Shown in pieces: positions 20,596 to 30,490 of a stretch of 64,000 nt of DNA. The notes beneath the pieces are model-generated. The model was not told the origin of the DNA. It did not search any database and worked only from the letters and a program-made list of their open reading frames with translations. This stretch comes from Escherichia coli (GTDB lineage: Bacteria; Pseudomonadota; Gammaproteobacteria; Enterobacterales; Enterobacteriaceae): NCBI RefSeq assembly GCF_003991155.1, contig NZ_CP031294.1. The stretch is one strand, 5' to 3'. How positions within the stretch are numbered: the stretch's first letter is position 1; each line of letters opens with the position of its first letter. The position numbers and the translations under genes are program-made.

Positions 20596-22155
20596 ATGAC
20601 TGTTCGGATTGTATCTAACGCAGTAAATGCGCTTATTTCTGGCGCAGATGACAAGGTAAAGCAACTGGTGCAGCAAATGTTGAGCTACGAAGTCGAGACT
20701 GGCGACTGGAAGGGCACAAGCACGATGTTCAACTGGAGTAAAAACTCGTTCCCTGCTGGCTTTGCCAAGCCTGTAGCGGCGAACTTGAACAAGGCGGGCA
20801 TCAAATGTGTTCATATCCGCAAAGACAAAGCCCCGGCGCTTGGTAAACCAAATCCTGCGGTTAACCCATTCCCATACAATCCTGATTATGCGTATCAGGA
20901 TCAGACTGTGGAAACACTGGTTCGAGAGGGAATGATGATTGCGCAGATCGCTACTGGTGGCGGGAAATCTAACGTTGCCTGCAAAGCAGCTGCACGTATC
21001 GGTCGAATGACATTATTTTTAACAACCCGCTCTGTTCTGATGTTTCAAATGGCCGAAAACTTCCAGAGATCCATCGACTACCGCGCCGAAAATGGCGAAC
21101 CGTGGTTAAAAGACCAAAAGGTTGGAGTCATTGGCTCGGGTGAGTTCCAGGTATCACGACATATCAACGTCGCTACAGTTCAAACTCTTGCAAGTTTCCT
21201 CGAAGAACCACCACGCGATGCAACACCAGATAAGAAAAGCTACCACCTCAAACGTCGGGAGTTGGTGAAACGCTTCCTTTCAAGTGTCTCTCTTCTTATT
21301 CTGGAAGAGGCGCATGAGTCTTCAGGCTCAAATTTCTATGACATCGCCAGATTATGTGTGAACGCAGACTATCGTCTGGCGCTTACAGCCACGCCGTTCA
21401 TGAAGGATTCGACGGAAGCCAACATGCGCCTGATGGCGGTGGCCGGGCGAATTGAAATTAAAGTCACAGAAAAGTACCTGATTGATCGAGGCATTCTGGC
21501 AAAGCCGTACTTCCTTTATCATAAAGTTGCCTACAAGCCAGACGAGGCCAGAATCAAGGCCGAACTTGCCAACAAACACCTCAATTTTAGAGTTGGTATG
21601 AGCACCGCCTACCAAAAGGCTTATCAGTTGGGGATCGTGTATAATTTGGGACGTAACGAGGCCATAGTGCGCGAGGCATTGCTTTATAAGCAACATTCAC
21701 TCAACTGCATGACTCTGGTTCGTCTTAAACGCCACGGGCAAATCCTGATGGAGATGATGAAGGAGTCAGGTCTTAAAGTTGATTTCATCTATGGGGAATC
21801 TAACCAGACGACAAGGCAAGCAAAGCTGAATAGTTTAGCGTCTGGTGAAATAGATGTTTTAATAGGCTCGACTATTCTGGATGTTGGTGTTGATGTGCCA
21901 AGCGTTGGTGCGGTCATTCTTGCTGGTGGTGGGAAAGCAGAAGTTGAAATGAGACAGCGTGTCGGTCGTGGCTTACGAGCCAAAAAAAATCAGGCAAACG
22001 TGTGTTTTATCACCGATTTCATTGACATTAGCAACAAATACCTGTTGTCTCACTCTTATGAGCGAAAACACATCATCGACACCACACCTGGCTTTGCAGA
22101 AGGTGTATTGCCTATTGATGGAGCATTCGATTTTGGAGTTCTGAAACGAGATTAG
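20596..22155 (+). CDS. SF2 DNA/RNA helicase
   Basis: Walker A ATGGGKS, motif II LEEAH, motif III TATP, motif VI QRVGRGLR. Confidence 0.8.
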   Translation: MTVRIVSNAVNALISGADDKVKQLVQQMLSYEVETGDWKGTSTMFNWSKNSFPAGFAKPVAANLNKAGIKCVHIRKDKAPALGKPNPAVNPFPYNPDYAYQDQTVETLVREGMMIAQIATGGGKSNVACKAAARIGRMTLFLTTRSVLMFQMAENFQRSIDYRAENGEPWLKDQKVGVIGSGEFQVSRHINVATVQTLASFLEEPPRDATPDKKSYHLKRRELVKRFLSSVSLLILEEAHESSGSNFYDIARLCVNADYRLALTATPFMKDSTEANMRLMAVAGRIEIKVTEKYLIDRGILAKPYFLYHKVAYKPDEARIKAELANKHLNFRVGMSTAYQKAYQLGIVYNLGRNEAIVREALLYKQHSLNCMTLVRLKRHGQILMEMMKESGLKVDFIYGESNQTTRQAKLNSLASGEIDVLIGSTILDVGVDVPSVGAVILAGGGKAEVEMRQRVGRGLRAKKNQANVCFITDFIDISNKYLLSHSYERKHIIDTTPGFAEGVLPIDGAFDFGVLKRD

Positions 22156-22157
22156 TT

Positions 22158-22436
22158 ATGAGTGAAAAGAAAACAACTTACTGTCAGGTAGCATTGTCTG
22201 ATAAGGCCAATGACAAACTTGGAAAGTTTCAAGTGAAACTAAAAGAAAAAAATATCAAAATGTCTAAGGCTGAAGTCATAAATACCATTCTGGAACAATT
22301 GACAATGGCCGACTTTGACAAGGTTATATCTTCTGTCGGGGCTTCCGCTAAGACTCGTGAGAAAATCATGCGTATCTATGAGAACTCTAATATGACAAAG
22401 GAAGATCTCAAAACGCTATTAAGCAGATTAAAATAA
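22158..22436 (+). CDS. small hypothetical protein
   Basis: 92-aa lysine-rich ORF, 3 bp after helicase stop. Confidence 0.4.
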   Translation: MSEKKTTYCQVALSDKANDKLGKFQVKLKEKNIKMSKAEVINTILEQLTMADFDKVISSVGASAKTREKIMRIYENSNMTKEDLKTLLSRLK

Positions 22437-22462
22437 TCACGCTATCAATTAGGGAGACAAAG

Positions 22463-22927
22463 ATGAAGTCTCCCATACTGTTCACTTTCTGTTCTAAAAC
22501 TATCATGAAATACTCGCTTCTCCCTCTACTAACGTTACCAGTGTTGATGCTTGCCGCGTGCCAATCACACCCAATATCAATCCATGACGCCAAACCAGCA
22601 CCGCAGGCCAAAGTGTTCAAGTATCAAAGCGCAGCGCCAGCTACGTTGGTGGTAATGAGAGACACAGGTTTTGTAGGAGCTGGATGTGATGCTTCCATTT
22701 TCATCAACGGCGAAACTGTCGCAAAACTGGCTACAGGCGAAAAAGCGACTTTCCATTTAAATGCCGGAGAATTAATTGTGGGTGCATCTCTTGAAGGTGC
22801 AGGTTTATGTGCTCTAAACCCCGCTCGTCAAGAGCGAGAAACGACTCTGAAGAATGGAGACACAAAAGCGTTCAGGGTGTTTACCAGCAATTCTGGTGAC
22901 ATCGACATTCTGCCAACAACTCTGTGA
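22463..22927 (+). CDS. lipoprotein (predicted)
   Basis: GGGAGA RBS; signal peptide ending in lipobox LAAC; 154 aa. Confidence 0.55.
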   Translation: MKSPILFTFCSKTIMKYSLLPLLTLPVLMLAACQSHPISIHDAKPAPQAKVFKYQSAAPATLVVMRDTGFVGAGCDASIFINGETVAKLATGEKATFHLNAGELIVGASLEGAGLCALNPARQERETTLKNGDTKAFRVFTSNSGDIDILPTTL

Positions 22928-22931
22928 TGAC

Positions 22932-23456
22932 ATGACAACCAAAGATATTACCTACGGTATCCAAGCTGAACTCTGGCCGCGAGATTACACTAACGTTGAA
23001 AAACTACTGATGTTCTGGCGCAGAGAACAAATTCCTGTAAGGGTCACTCTCGAAGATGGCCAGGCGTTTTGCATGTACGTTTATGGCCTCATGCCATCTC
23101 GTAACAAAGTTGACCTTTGCCCAGCCCCTTTTGACAAAGAAAATCGTATAAGGCTCCCACTTGAACGCATTAGTACAATTGAATCAGGTGTGGTTGACAG
23201 TATCGCTCACGATTTCAAAGGTCGACTAACAGTTCACCCTGATTATGTCGATAATCGGCCATCACGCCGCGATTTTTTTGCAATTTGCAACCAAGCCTAC
23301 AAAGCAAACAAATCTATAAGGGTGTACATGGCGGATGGCCGTGAAATTGAGGGGGTGTCAGCAGGCGCAGATGCTTGTCAGGTTACACTACGTGTCGAGA
23401 ACGGTAGAAAAATAGTTGTTTTGTTCGATTGGGTTGAACGAATTTTGCCTTTTTGA
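22932..23456 (+). CDS. hypothetical protein
   Basis: Start placed at ATG 22932 (MTTKDITYG), same frame as ORF 22854..23456 but after lipoprotein stop. Confidence 0.4.
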   Translation: MTTKDITYGIQAELWPRDYTNVEKLLMFWRREQIPVRVTLEDGQAFCMYVYGLMPSRNKVDLCPAPFDKENRIRLPLERISTIESGVVDSIAHDFKGRLTVHPDYVDNRPSRRDFFAICNQAYKANKSIRVYMADGREIEGVSAGADACQVTLRVENGRKIVVLFDWVERILPF

Positions 23457-23459
23457 GTT

Positions 23460-23768
23460 ATGAAATCGATATTGTTACCACCATTATTTTTACTTTGCTC
23501 AGTTGCGGCAAATGCAATGGACTATAAGCCTGTCATTCAGTCGCTGATGAATGACGTGTGCTCAACGTCTCAGAATGTATCAGTTTGCATGTATCAATTT
23601 TCGGCAGCCGTAAAAGCAGGAAAAGCGATAGGCGAGAATGTGGAACTGTGTAAGAAAGTGGCAAATGAAGAACGGGCAATGTTGGATTGCGAATCTAGCG
23701 AGTCATCGGCACAGTTCGTTGATGCGCTATTTGACACCAATCGTAAGGCTGTAGAGTCTGTTCAATAA
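23460..23768 (+). CDS. secreted small protein (signal peptide)
   Basis: N-terminus MKSILLPPLFLLCSVAANA is a Sec signal; 102 aa. Confidence 0.5.
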   Translation: MKSILLPPLFLLCSVAANAMDYKPVIQSLMNDVCSTSQNVSVCMYQFSAAVKAGKAIGENVELCKKVANEERAMLDCESSESSAQFVDALFDTNRKAVESVQ

Positions 23769-23945
23769 ATCTATAAGGTTAATAACCGGCTAAGTCCGGT
23801 TATTATTTTTCACATCACTTCTTTATATCTACAAATCAAATAACCTAAATATATATAAGGTCTAAAGCCGCAATCAATTATTTATTTAGGGAACACCTTC
23901 GACGATCTCGCTTTTATTTCTAGGACTTTCATCCCTGCAAAAAAT

Positions 23946-23995
23946 TTAAAAAAAAACACTTGCAATCTTTTTTCGCATATCGATAATTGAACTCG
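23946..23995 (+). promoter_or_regulatory. strong sigma70-type promoter with A-tract UP element
   Basis: aaaaaatttaaaaaaaaacac TTGCAA-16 bp-GATAAT; ~55 bp upstream of ATG at 24053. Confidence 0.6.
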
Positions 23996-24052
23996 TCGAA
24001 AGCGAAGACGCTAACGACAATAAATTTTAAATTTACATAAGGAAAAATTATC

Positions 24053-24703
24053 ATGGCTAACATTATCATTTCTAAAAAATCCATCATTGAAGCTGCTTCC
24101 ATTGTATCCGATGAACTGCGCGAAAAAGCAGATCTGGCAACTCAAACATATAACGAACATTATAAAAATGGTACGCACACTAAAGCAGACAAAGCAAATA
24201 TGCAAGCTGCGACCACTAAACTTGCTTACTTCATCAACAACGTCGTAAACGCAGTAGAAGACGAAAAATTATGCTCTGTTTTCTACTATGCGATTAAAGC
24301 AAGCAAACAAGCGCCAGAAGTATTTTTCCGTGATGCAATGACTAATAGTTATTCTCTGGAAAAACTGGTTTATCTGGTTAAATCAATTAAATCTGGTAAA
24401 TGCGTTTATTCCATCGCTGATATGTCTGGATCTCGTGTATTCGCTTTAATCGATATGATTAACGACGAGATCGACACGTTCACTAATGGCGCTGTTTTCG
24501 ATTTAATGAATGAAGCTAAAAAAGCGTGTGAAATTAAATTGGACGCTGGTTATACTCAAGCCAACCAGTTGATCAATCTTTGCGAACGTCTTGGACTTGT
24601 TGAAAAAGTCAAAGGAGCTGGGAGCGCGAAAGCTGGTACTCAGCAATATCGCTTCATTAAAAATGATTTCTACAATTATTTAGCTGATGCTTTCAAAGCG
24701 TAA
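24053..24703 (+). CDS. hypothetical protein, probably highly expressed
   Basis: 216 aa, optimal-codon bias (ctg, cgc, ggt, gct, atc), strong promoter upstream, hairpin terminator just downstream. Confidence 0.55.
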   Translation: MANIIISKKSIIEAASIVSDELREKADLATQTYNEHYKNGTHTKADKANMQAATTKLAYFINNVVNAVEDEKLCSVFYYAIKASKQAPEVFFRDAMTNSYSLEKLVYLVKSIKSGKCVYSIADMSGSRVFALIDMINDEIDTFTNGAVFDLMNEAKKACEIKLDAGYTQANQLINLCERLGLVEKVKGAGSAKAGTQQYRFIKNDFYNYLADAFKA

Positions 24704-24751
24704 TTAATGGAATCAAGCGCCCACTATGGGCGCTTTAAAGGAGCTTTGAAA

Positions 24752-24955
24752 ATGGTCAGCTATGACAAGATCCGCGCGGAATATCGCGCAAAGTATCGCG
24801 CTTATAAACTAGAATTAATCGATGATTTAATCGCGCAACGCGACCAATTAAATTTTACGTTTTCTGATTTGCTTAACAGCAAGCGAGATTGCAAGCGCAA
24901 ACGTGAATACTTACGTTTAAGCGCATTAATCGGAAAACTTCAAAATTCTATTTAA
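24752..24955 (+). CDS. small basic hypothetical protein
   Basis: Start moved to ATG 24752 with AAGGAG RBS; ORF-track start 24707 overlaps a terminator hairpin. Confidence 0.4.
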   Translation: MVSYDKIRAEYRAKYRAYKLELIDDLIAQRDQLNFTFSDLLNSKRDCKRKREYLRLSALIGKLQNSI

Positions 24956-24975
24956 TTTTTTTAAGGAGCTTAATC

Positions 24976-25206
24976 ATGTTTGTTCTTATCGCTGGCGTTA
25001 ACGTCCATAACGAATATTATGTTAATCGCATCGCTGGGATCGCTGGTTACGCTGGGCGCGCAGTCGAGTTTATCGATGAAACAACGCGTAAAATTGATTT
25101 ATTGAGCGACCAGGAGCGAAAAAAAGCAGACGTGAACGACGCTGATATATTTTTAATGTTAAAAGCGTTTGTAGAAATGGGATTTAAAATCAGTTTACAC
25201 AAATAA
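24976..25206 (+). CDS. small hypothetical protein
   Basis: 76 aa, AAGGAG RBS. Confidence 0.45.
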   Translation: MFVLIAGVNVHNEYYVNRIAGIAGYAGRAVEFIDETTRKIDLLSDQERKKADVNDADIFLMLKAFVEMGFKISLHK

Positions 25207-25212
25207 AATCGA

Positions 25213-25240
25213 GCGCCCACTATGGGCGCTTTTTTCGTTT
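25213..25240 (+). terminator. rho-independent terminator
   Basis: gcgcccactatgggcgc hairpin followed by tttttt. Confidence 0.75.
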
Positions 25241-25257
25241 CCAATACTTCCACAATA

Positions 25258-25285
25258 ACGCGCCATTGATGGCGCGTTTTTTATT
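25258..25285 (+). terminator. rho-independent terminator (second of tandem pair)
   Basis: cgcgccattgatggcgcg hairpin followed by ttttttatt. Confidence 0.75.
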
Positions 25286-25823
25286 GTCTTTAACTCACTC
25301 CAACAACATAAAAATAAGCGCCAAAATAACGCCATAAACGCGCTTTTATATCCTTACCAGTACATACCCATTACTTAACACATTAACGCGCTTAAAACGC
25401 GTTATATTGCGCTATAGCGTATGGTTAATCATTGGCTTTTAGTCTTGCTATGTGATCCGCGTTTATTTGTCGGCGCGGATCGGCATTTTGTTTTGTTCCG
25501 TATCCGCTCGCGTATTATGTGCGCGTGATTTTTCACATAATCACACCACTTAATCACGTATGTGATTATGCTACGAAAGAAATCTGGATGTCTCAGGCGA
25601 CGAAAGTCATCATAATTTTCCCCGCTCGCCTGTCCGACAACCGCTGGTTGGATTCCACCAGCTTCCCGATGTTTTTTTCTACATAAAGGCGAATGCAGCC
25701 GTTTCCCGAAAAAATCCTGGCCGTTTCCCGTCGGCTCATGAATACGTTCCTCGCCGTTTCTGAAAATTTCCCTGCGGCAGCTGGTGGCTATAGAGAAAGG
25801 GCCGTTTCTGGCCCTCTTCTCAG

Positions 25824-26306
25824 TTACACGCCATCAAGGATGTGGATGCGGTTGCTTGCGTATACATTCAGCATAAAGTTAGCGCAAAACAGTTTCCATG
25901 TATCAACGCCAGCGGTATACGTAATGTTTTTGCATTTAATCGCATTGTTGGCGATCCGCATCCCCTGCGATACTGCTTCATCGTCGGAAAATTTGAACGA
26001 CGATTGAGTTTTAATCCAGACAGAAATCTGCGTAGCGAACTCAATCAGCTTGGACTGGCAGAATCGCCCGGAGCGCACCGGAAAGACGAACGTTCCGAAT
26101 CCAGAATTTACCACATATGCTTTCTCAAATACCCGCGAGTAACGACGATTGCCAATGATGTCGCGTGCAATAATGCATTTTTCTTGTGCTGACAGTTCTA
26201 CCGTCTCATTGTCGCGCCATGCACCAAGTACTCGTTTTTCAATGTCAGAGAACGTTACAGCGATATTGCCATGTGCGGGTGCGTTTACAGTAGCGATAAA
26301 ATTCAT
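25824..26306 (-). CDS. hypothetical early protein
   Basis: 160 aa; AGGA RBS; motif-A leader directly upstream (26326-26362). Confidence 0.5.
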   Translation of the reverse strand: MNFIATVNAPAHGNIAVTFSDIEKRVLGAWRDNETVELSAQEKCIIARDIIGNRRYSRVFEKAYVVNSGFGTFVFPVRSGRFCQSKLIEFATQISVWIKTQSSFKFSDDEAVSQGMRIANNAIKCKNITYTAGVDTWKLFCANFMLNVYASNRIHILDGV

Positions 26307-26510
26307 GATTAATTCCTTATCGTAAATAACAAATTGTTTTCTTGTTGGTGTTAATTATCGTTGTACGAATAAGGCGTCAAAGTGGAAAGTTGCGGTAGCC
26401 GGACGGGAACAGGTGGGTTTGTCGGTTGCCTGGAGGTAAGAGGTTGGTGTTTTTAGCCTGCGGGAAACAGGATGGTCATTTAAGGCCACCAGCATTGGTG
26501 GCCTTAATCT

Positions 26511-26791
26511 TTAGTGGAGCAGACCGATGTCGATGGTATCCCCTGAATCATCCACACGGATCATCAGCATGGCAAAGGCGTTTAGTGGATAGCTTGCGTG
26601 CCATTCAGGGAAGCGGTCATCTCGCATGAAGTCGGCAATGTCGTAAACGCATCCCTCAAAGTGGAAGAATCGCGTGCTTACCTGCTCGTCATAATCCACA
26701 TGATCCATTTCTTGCTGTTCTGTTTCCGGCAAGTCCAGCCATGATTCAAGAAATACATTTTGTGCTTTAGGGGTAATGGTGAAATCAGTCA
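26511..26791 (-). CDS. small highly acidic protein
   Basis: ~93 aa with ~19 Asp/Glu vs ~5 Lys/Arg; start at ATG 26789-26791 (ORF-track upstream extension runs through promoter motif). Confidence 0.5.
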
Positions 26792-27127
26792 TGAGCATAT
26801 CCTCACTGCGTAAACATGTTGTTTTCTTGTTGGTGTAATTATCGCAGTGTAGATAAGGCATAAAAGAAGTTAATACAGGCTGAATACACAAGAAAGGTTC
26901 TGGAAGTTGATAGCCAGGTTTCAAACTAACCTTCGGTTATTAAAAGTCATTTAAGACCACCAATGCTGGTGGCCTTAATAATTATCGCCCGATTACGCTA
27001 AGGATCTTTTCCTCAACTGATTTGTTGTTGCGACTAAACTGCCTTGCGTATCTGATGACAGAAGAGGCGTTTTGCTTTCTGACCATCTCGGCTCTTTCCT
27101 TCAGGCGTTTCTTGAAATCGCCCATAT

Positions 27128-27502
27128 TTACCACCAGGCGCAGAAGGTCAGTCTGTTATTGTGAAAGTCGTGGTTCTTAATCAGATCTTCCACAAGCTCT
27201 TTCAACTCCCCCACATCATGCCAGTAACCTTCATCGTACTCCTGACTGCCGAAGAAAAAACCTTCCCGGGTAGGCAAGTACTCTTCGCAATTACTTTCGT
27301 TTATGTGCATCAAATGAGCCTTCAGAAAACAAATGTCATTCATCGTTAATTCTAAAAGCTCACAATTTTCGACTTCACCTACGTTGCGCTCCATCCACCC
27401 AACGAGCGCATTGAACTTACGGAAGTAAGCAACCTGCTTTCTGGATGCCTCGTTATTCAGATCGTTTTTAGGCTGTGTCTCGATATAGATATCAAGTCCC
27501 AT
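27128..27502 (-). CDS. hypothetical early protein
   Basis: Start placed at ATG 27500-27502 (MGLDIYIETQ) with AAGGAA RBS. Confidence 0.45.
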   Translation of the reverse strand: MGLDIYIETQPKNDLNNEASRKQVAYFRKFNALVGWMERNVGEVENCELLELTMNDICFLKAHLMHINESNCEEYLPTREGFFFGSQEYDEGYWHDVGELKELVEDLIKNHDFHNNRLTFCAWW

Positions 27503-27619
27503 GATGGTTTCCTTATTAAGTTGCTTCAGTGAAATCATTTTCACAAATCAGATAAGGCAGAAAACAAATTGTTATCGGGCATAAGAAAATGGCGCGGTTT
27601 ACGCGCCATTCAAAGAGGA

Positions 27620-28015
27620 TTAAGCGAATACGCTTTCAGGGATTAAGGTGTCAGCAGGAATGCCGGAGGTAATGCGCAGGCCGTACTGACCAATCCAGGT
27701 AGTGTTGGTATTCAGGCTGGAGGCGAATACGGTGTTAACCATATTCATCATGGTTTCAAACACCTCTTCATCAACCTGGCGGAAGTAGTTCTCGATTTTC
27801 AGCAGCAGCGGGTCAGTTGCATCGAAAATAGACTGGTATTGAGTCGCGTACTCGCCGCCGGAGGCATCACCTTTACGCACGATCGTACTGGCCTGGACTT
27901 CGGCACCAGTTTCGGTGTTGTACGTAACAACGGTGATTTTTGCCACATTCTTACCTTCGGCGGTTTCAGAGGCATAGTAAACATCAACTGTCAGTTTTTC
28001 GCGTTTAACGGTCAT
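27620..28015 (-). CDS. hypothetical early protein
   Basis: Start placed at internal ATG (MTVKREKL) with GGAGAG RBS; terminator hairpin downstream at ~27572-27598. Confidence 0.45.
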   Translation of the reverse strand: MTVKREKLTVDVYYASETAEGKNVAKITVVTYNTETGAEVQASTIVRKGDASGGEYATQYQSIFDATDPLLLKIENYFRQVDEEVFETMMNMVNTVFASSLNTNTTWIGQYGLRITSGIPADTLIPESVFA

Positions 28016-28141
28016 TTCACTCTCCGTAGTGTTTTGGTTATTTTTATATTCTATGATCGTAAGTATGTACTTACAATACAAAAAAGCCCCGTAAGGATGG
28101 CGGGGCTGTCGTACTGTCGACTAATTACCACTTGCACATTA

Positions 28142-28453
28142 TCAGGCTATTGCCATCACTGATGCTCTCTGAATCTCTTGCTGGGCCACGCGGTTAACTT
28201 CCATCAAAGCCAGTTCGAGCTGATGTTCCGGCCACATTCTTTGAAATGCCACCCAGCCTTTTCCACGCTGGCGACGAACATTCATTACATAACGAGTAAA
28301 GGTGTATTTATCGAAAGACACCGCTGTTTCACGGAACAGACGAATAGAGGTTCCATTGGCAACGATGTCCAGCAAAGTTAATTGAGCAACCAGCGCAGGC
28401 TTCTCTTTTCTCTTCTGGTCTTTGTCCAGACCAAGAACCAATGATTTTTTCAT
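28142..28453 (-). CDS. hypothetical early protein
   Basis: Start at ATG 28451-28453 (MKKSLVLGL), GGAG RBS, motif-A leader at 28465-28490. Confidence 0.45.
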   Translation of the reverse strand: MKKSLVLGLDKDQKRKEKPALVAQLTLLDIVANGTSIRLFRETAVSFDKYTFTRYVMNVRRQRGKGWVAFQRMWPEHQLELALMEVNRVAQQEIQRASVMAIA

Positions 28454-28606
28454 CACAACTCCGTAAACAACTTGTTTTCTCAATGGCGTAAATAATACCA
28501 GTAAGAAAACGGCTACAAAGCATATTGATCAGGTGCATGAGCGATATGCAGGTTCTTCCCTGCGGCTATAGAGAAATTAAGCCAGCATTGCTGGCTTTGG
28601 TTAGGT

Positions 28607-28936
28607 TTACTCGAATACTTCAAGAAACTCCTGAACGTCCCAATGCTGGACAAGGTGAAGATAGACCTTAGAAATAACATCATTCTCGCTATCGCATGTG
28701 AAGTAGTACTTCTGGCTGCGGTTGTATGTGTCCACACAAAATTCGCTCATATCCATAAAGTCAGCATCTTCACCCATGTCGCAAATCATCAAAGCAGGTG
28801 CGTCATCACGAGTCATCAGCTCAAGCACCCACCGCGAATTGATCAGAGTGGAAGACCAACCTTCTAACTCATAAAACTGATCAAACTCTTTTTGAGTTAA
28901 TTTCTTGATTTGGTTGATGTCGATATTTGCAAACAT
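28607..28936 (-). CDS. hypothetical early protein
   Basis: Start at ATG 28934-28936 (MFANIDINQ), AGGA RBS, motif-A leader at 28948-28983. Confidence 0.45.
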   Translation of the reverse strand: MFANIDINQIKKLTQKEFDQFYELEGWSSTLINSRWVLELMTRDDAPALMICDMGEDADFMDMSEFCVDTYNRSQKYYFTCDSENDVISKVYLHLVQHWDVQEFLEVFE

Positions 28937-30490
28937 AAAGCAATCCTTAAACAACATGTTTTCTTGATGGTGTTATTATCGCAATAACGCACAGGTGAAA
29001 AAGGATTTTATTCCGGTGAATGTGGTTTTGGCAGTGAGTTTTCAGGTTCAGTACCGAGTACACTTTTTACATTATTCTGATTTAGTGGCCGAAGGTGGCT
29101 GGTGGGCAGAATAATCCTCTCCCCGAAAACCTACTGAAATCGATTGTGACCCGTTGGCTGTCTGGCACAATTACGCTGTAACTGGGCATTCAGAGGGAAT
29201 CCAGCGGTAAGTAAGTTCGCCTGCACGTGAGCGCCTCTCTTCTTCCCGCACATTACAGGTGGGTAGCCGCAACTCTCCCTCTCGCTATACCGGTACGCCG
29301 CCGTTCCTGAACCGGCATCGAGCCTTCTCCCGAAATCCACACAGGCAACTCGACCGTTTCCCTGAAAACCTCCAGCCGTTCCCCGAAGGCAACCCAGCCG
29401 TTTCTGTAGCGGGATGCAACCTTTTCCCTGTATGGACCGAAGGCTGACCGTAGGGGTGTTACGGGGGATAAAATCAGGAGTTGAATAAATACGAAAAAGG
29501 AGGCGACACCCCTCCTTCTCTCCCCACTTATACATACCTGGCTTCTTCGCTATACATGTTGTGTTTTATTCGTGTTTTATCTGTCTCAACCTCTCTATGG
29601 ACGTTAATACTCACTCCTTCCAGAACGTTCTATACGGCGACTAATTCTGTTGGTGAATTGGGTGTGTTGTTCTCTCTGTCGGTGTATGTGGTTTCGTTCG
29701 TTTTGCGGTGGTTCTTCTATGGGGTGTTCTCGTCGTTTTGGTGATTGTTCTTCTCCGTGTATGGAGTAATGGCAGGTGGGCGATTCCTTTCGTTATTGTG
29801 TTTGAGTTGTTTGTCTGGAGTGCGTGAAGGGCTTTTGTAGTTATTCGTGTGTTGGGTAATGGCGTTTCCCGTGATTGTTCTGTTTCGTGTCTTTTGGGAT
29901 TGAGAGAAACCTTGCGGTTACAGGCTTCGTTGGGGTTTCAGTGATTCTGGTGTTTCTTCGCTGTTTGGGTAATGGCGTGTCGTGGGTATCGCGCGTATGG
30001 AAGTTTCGAATTGCCTGTGAAAGTTAGGTTGGTTGTCCGGTAGCCTGAGAAGAAGAGGTGGGTCTTTTCGGTAGCCTGCCATAAAGAGGTTGGTTGTTTT
30101 TGGTAATGGCATATGTGTTATTTAGTTGTTTTGTTATGCCTGAAAATAAGTTGTTTATATGGTTATGTAACGCAACGGGAACGATTTTGAGCGTGTGTTT
30201 TTGTTGGTAGTGTGTTGGGTCGTCTGTGGTGAAAATTGGACGCTGTGGCGCTGTCTGCTGCGTAGAATTACGGGTATAAGCAGTGATGTGTGAAAACGTC
30301 AATTTTTTAGACCAAATCGGGTGAAAGCGTTGATGTTTCGTTGATCTGTTATTCAGTTGTTTTCTTATTGGTATAAACAACTGTAACCTATTGATATTTA
30401 AGGATGTGATTCCAGGCATGGAAGGGGAGTAGTGGCGATCAACGGATTCTTATAGAAAAGAATCAAATTGTGACCGCCATTATCAATGTT

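Noticed and set aside
25787-25794. Chi site GCTGGTGG in non-coding DNA
   Set aside because: A single octamer is expected by chance at this scale; not evidence of function.
29131-30419. ORFs 29131..29535, 29918..30112 and 30024..30419
   Set aside because: Low-complexity translations from the strongly skewed strand (few stop codons by composition), no RBS, and one starts upstream of the promoter motif that would drive it.
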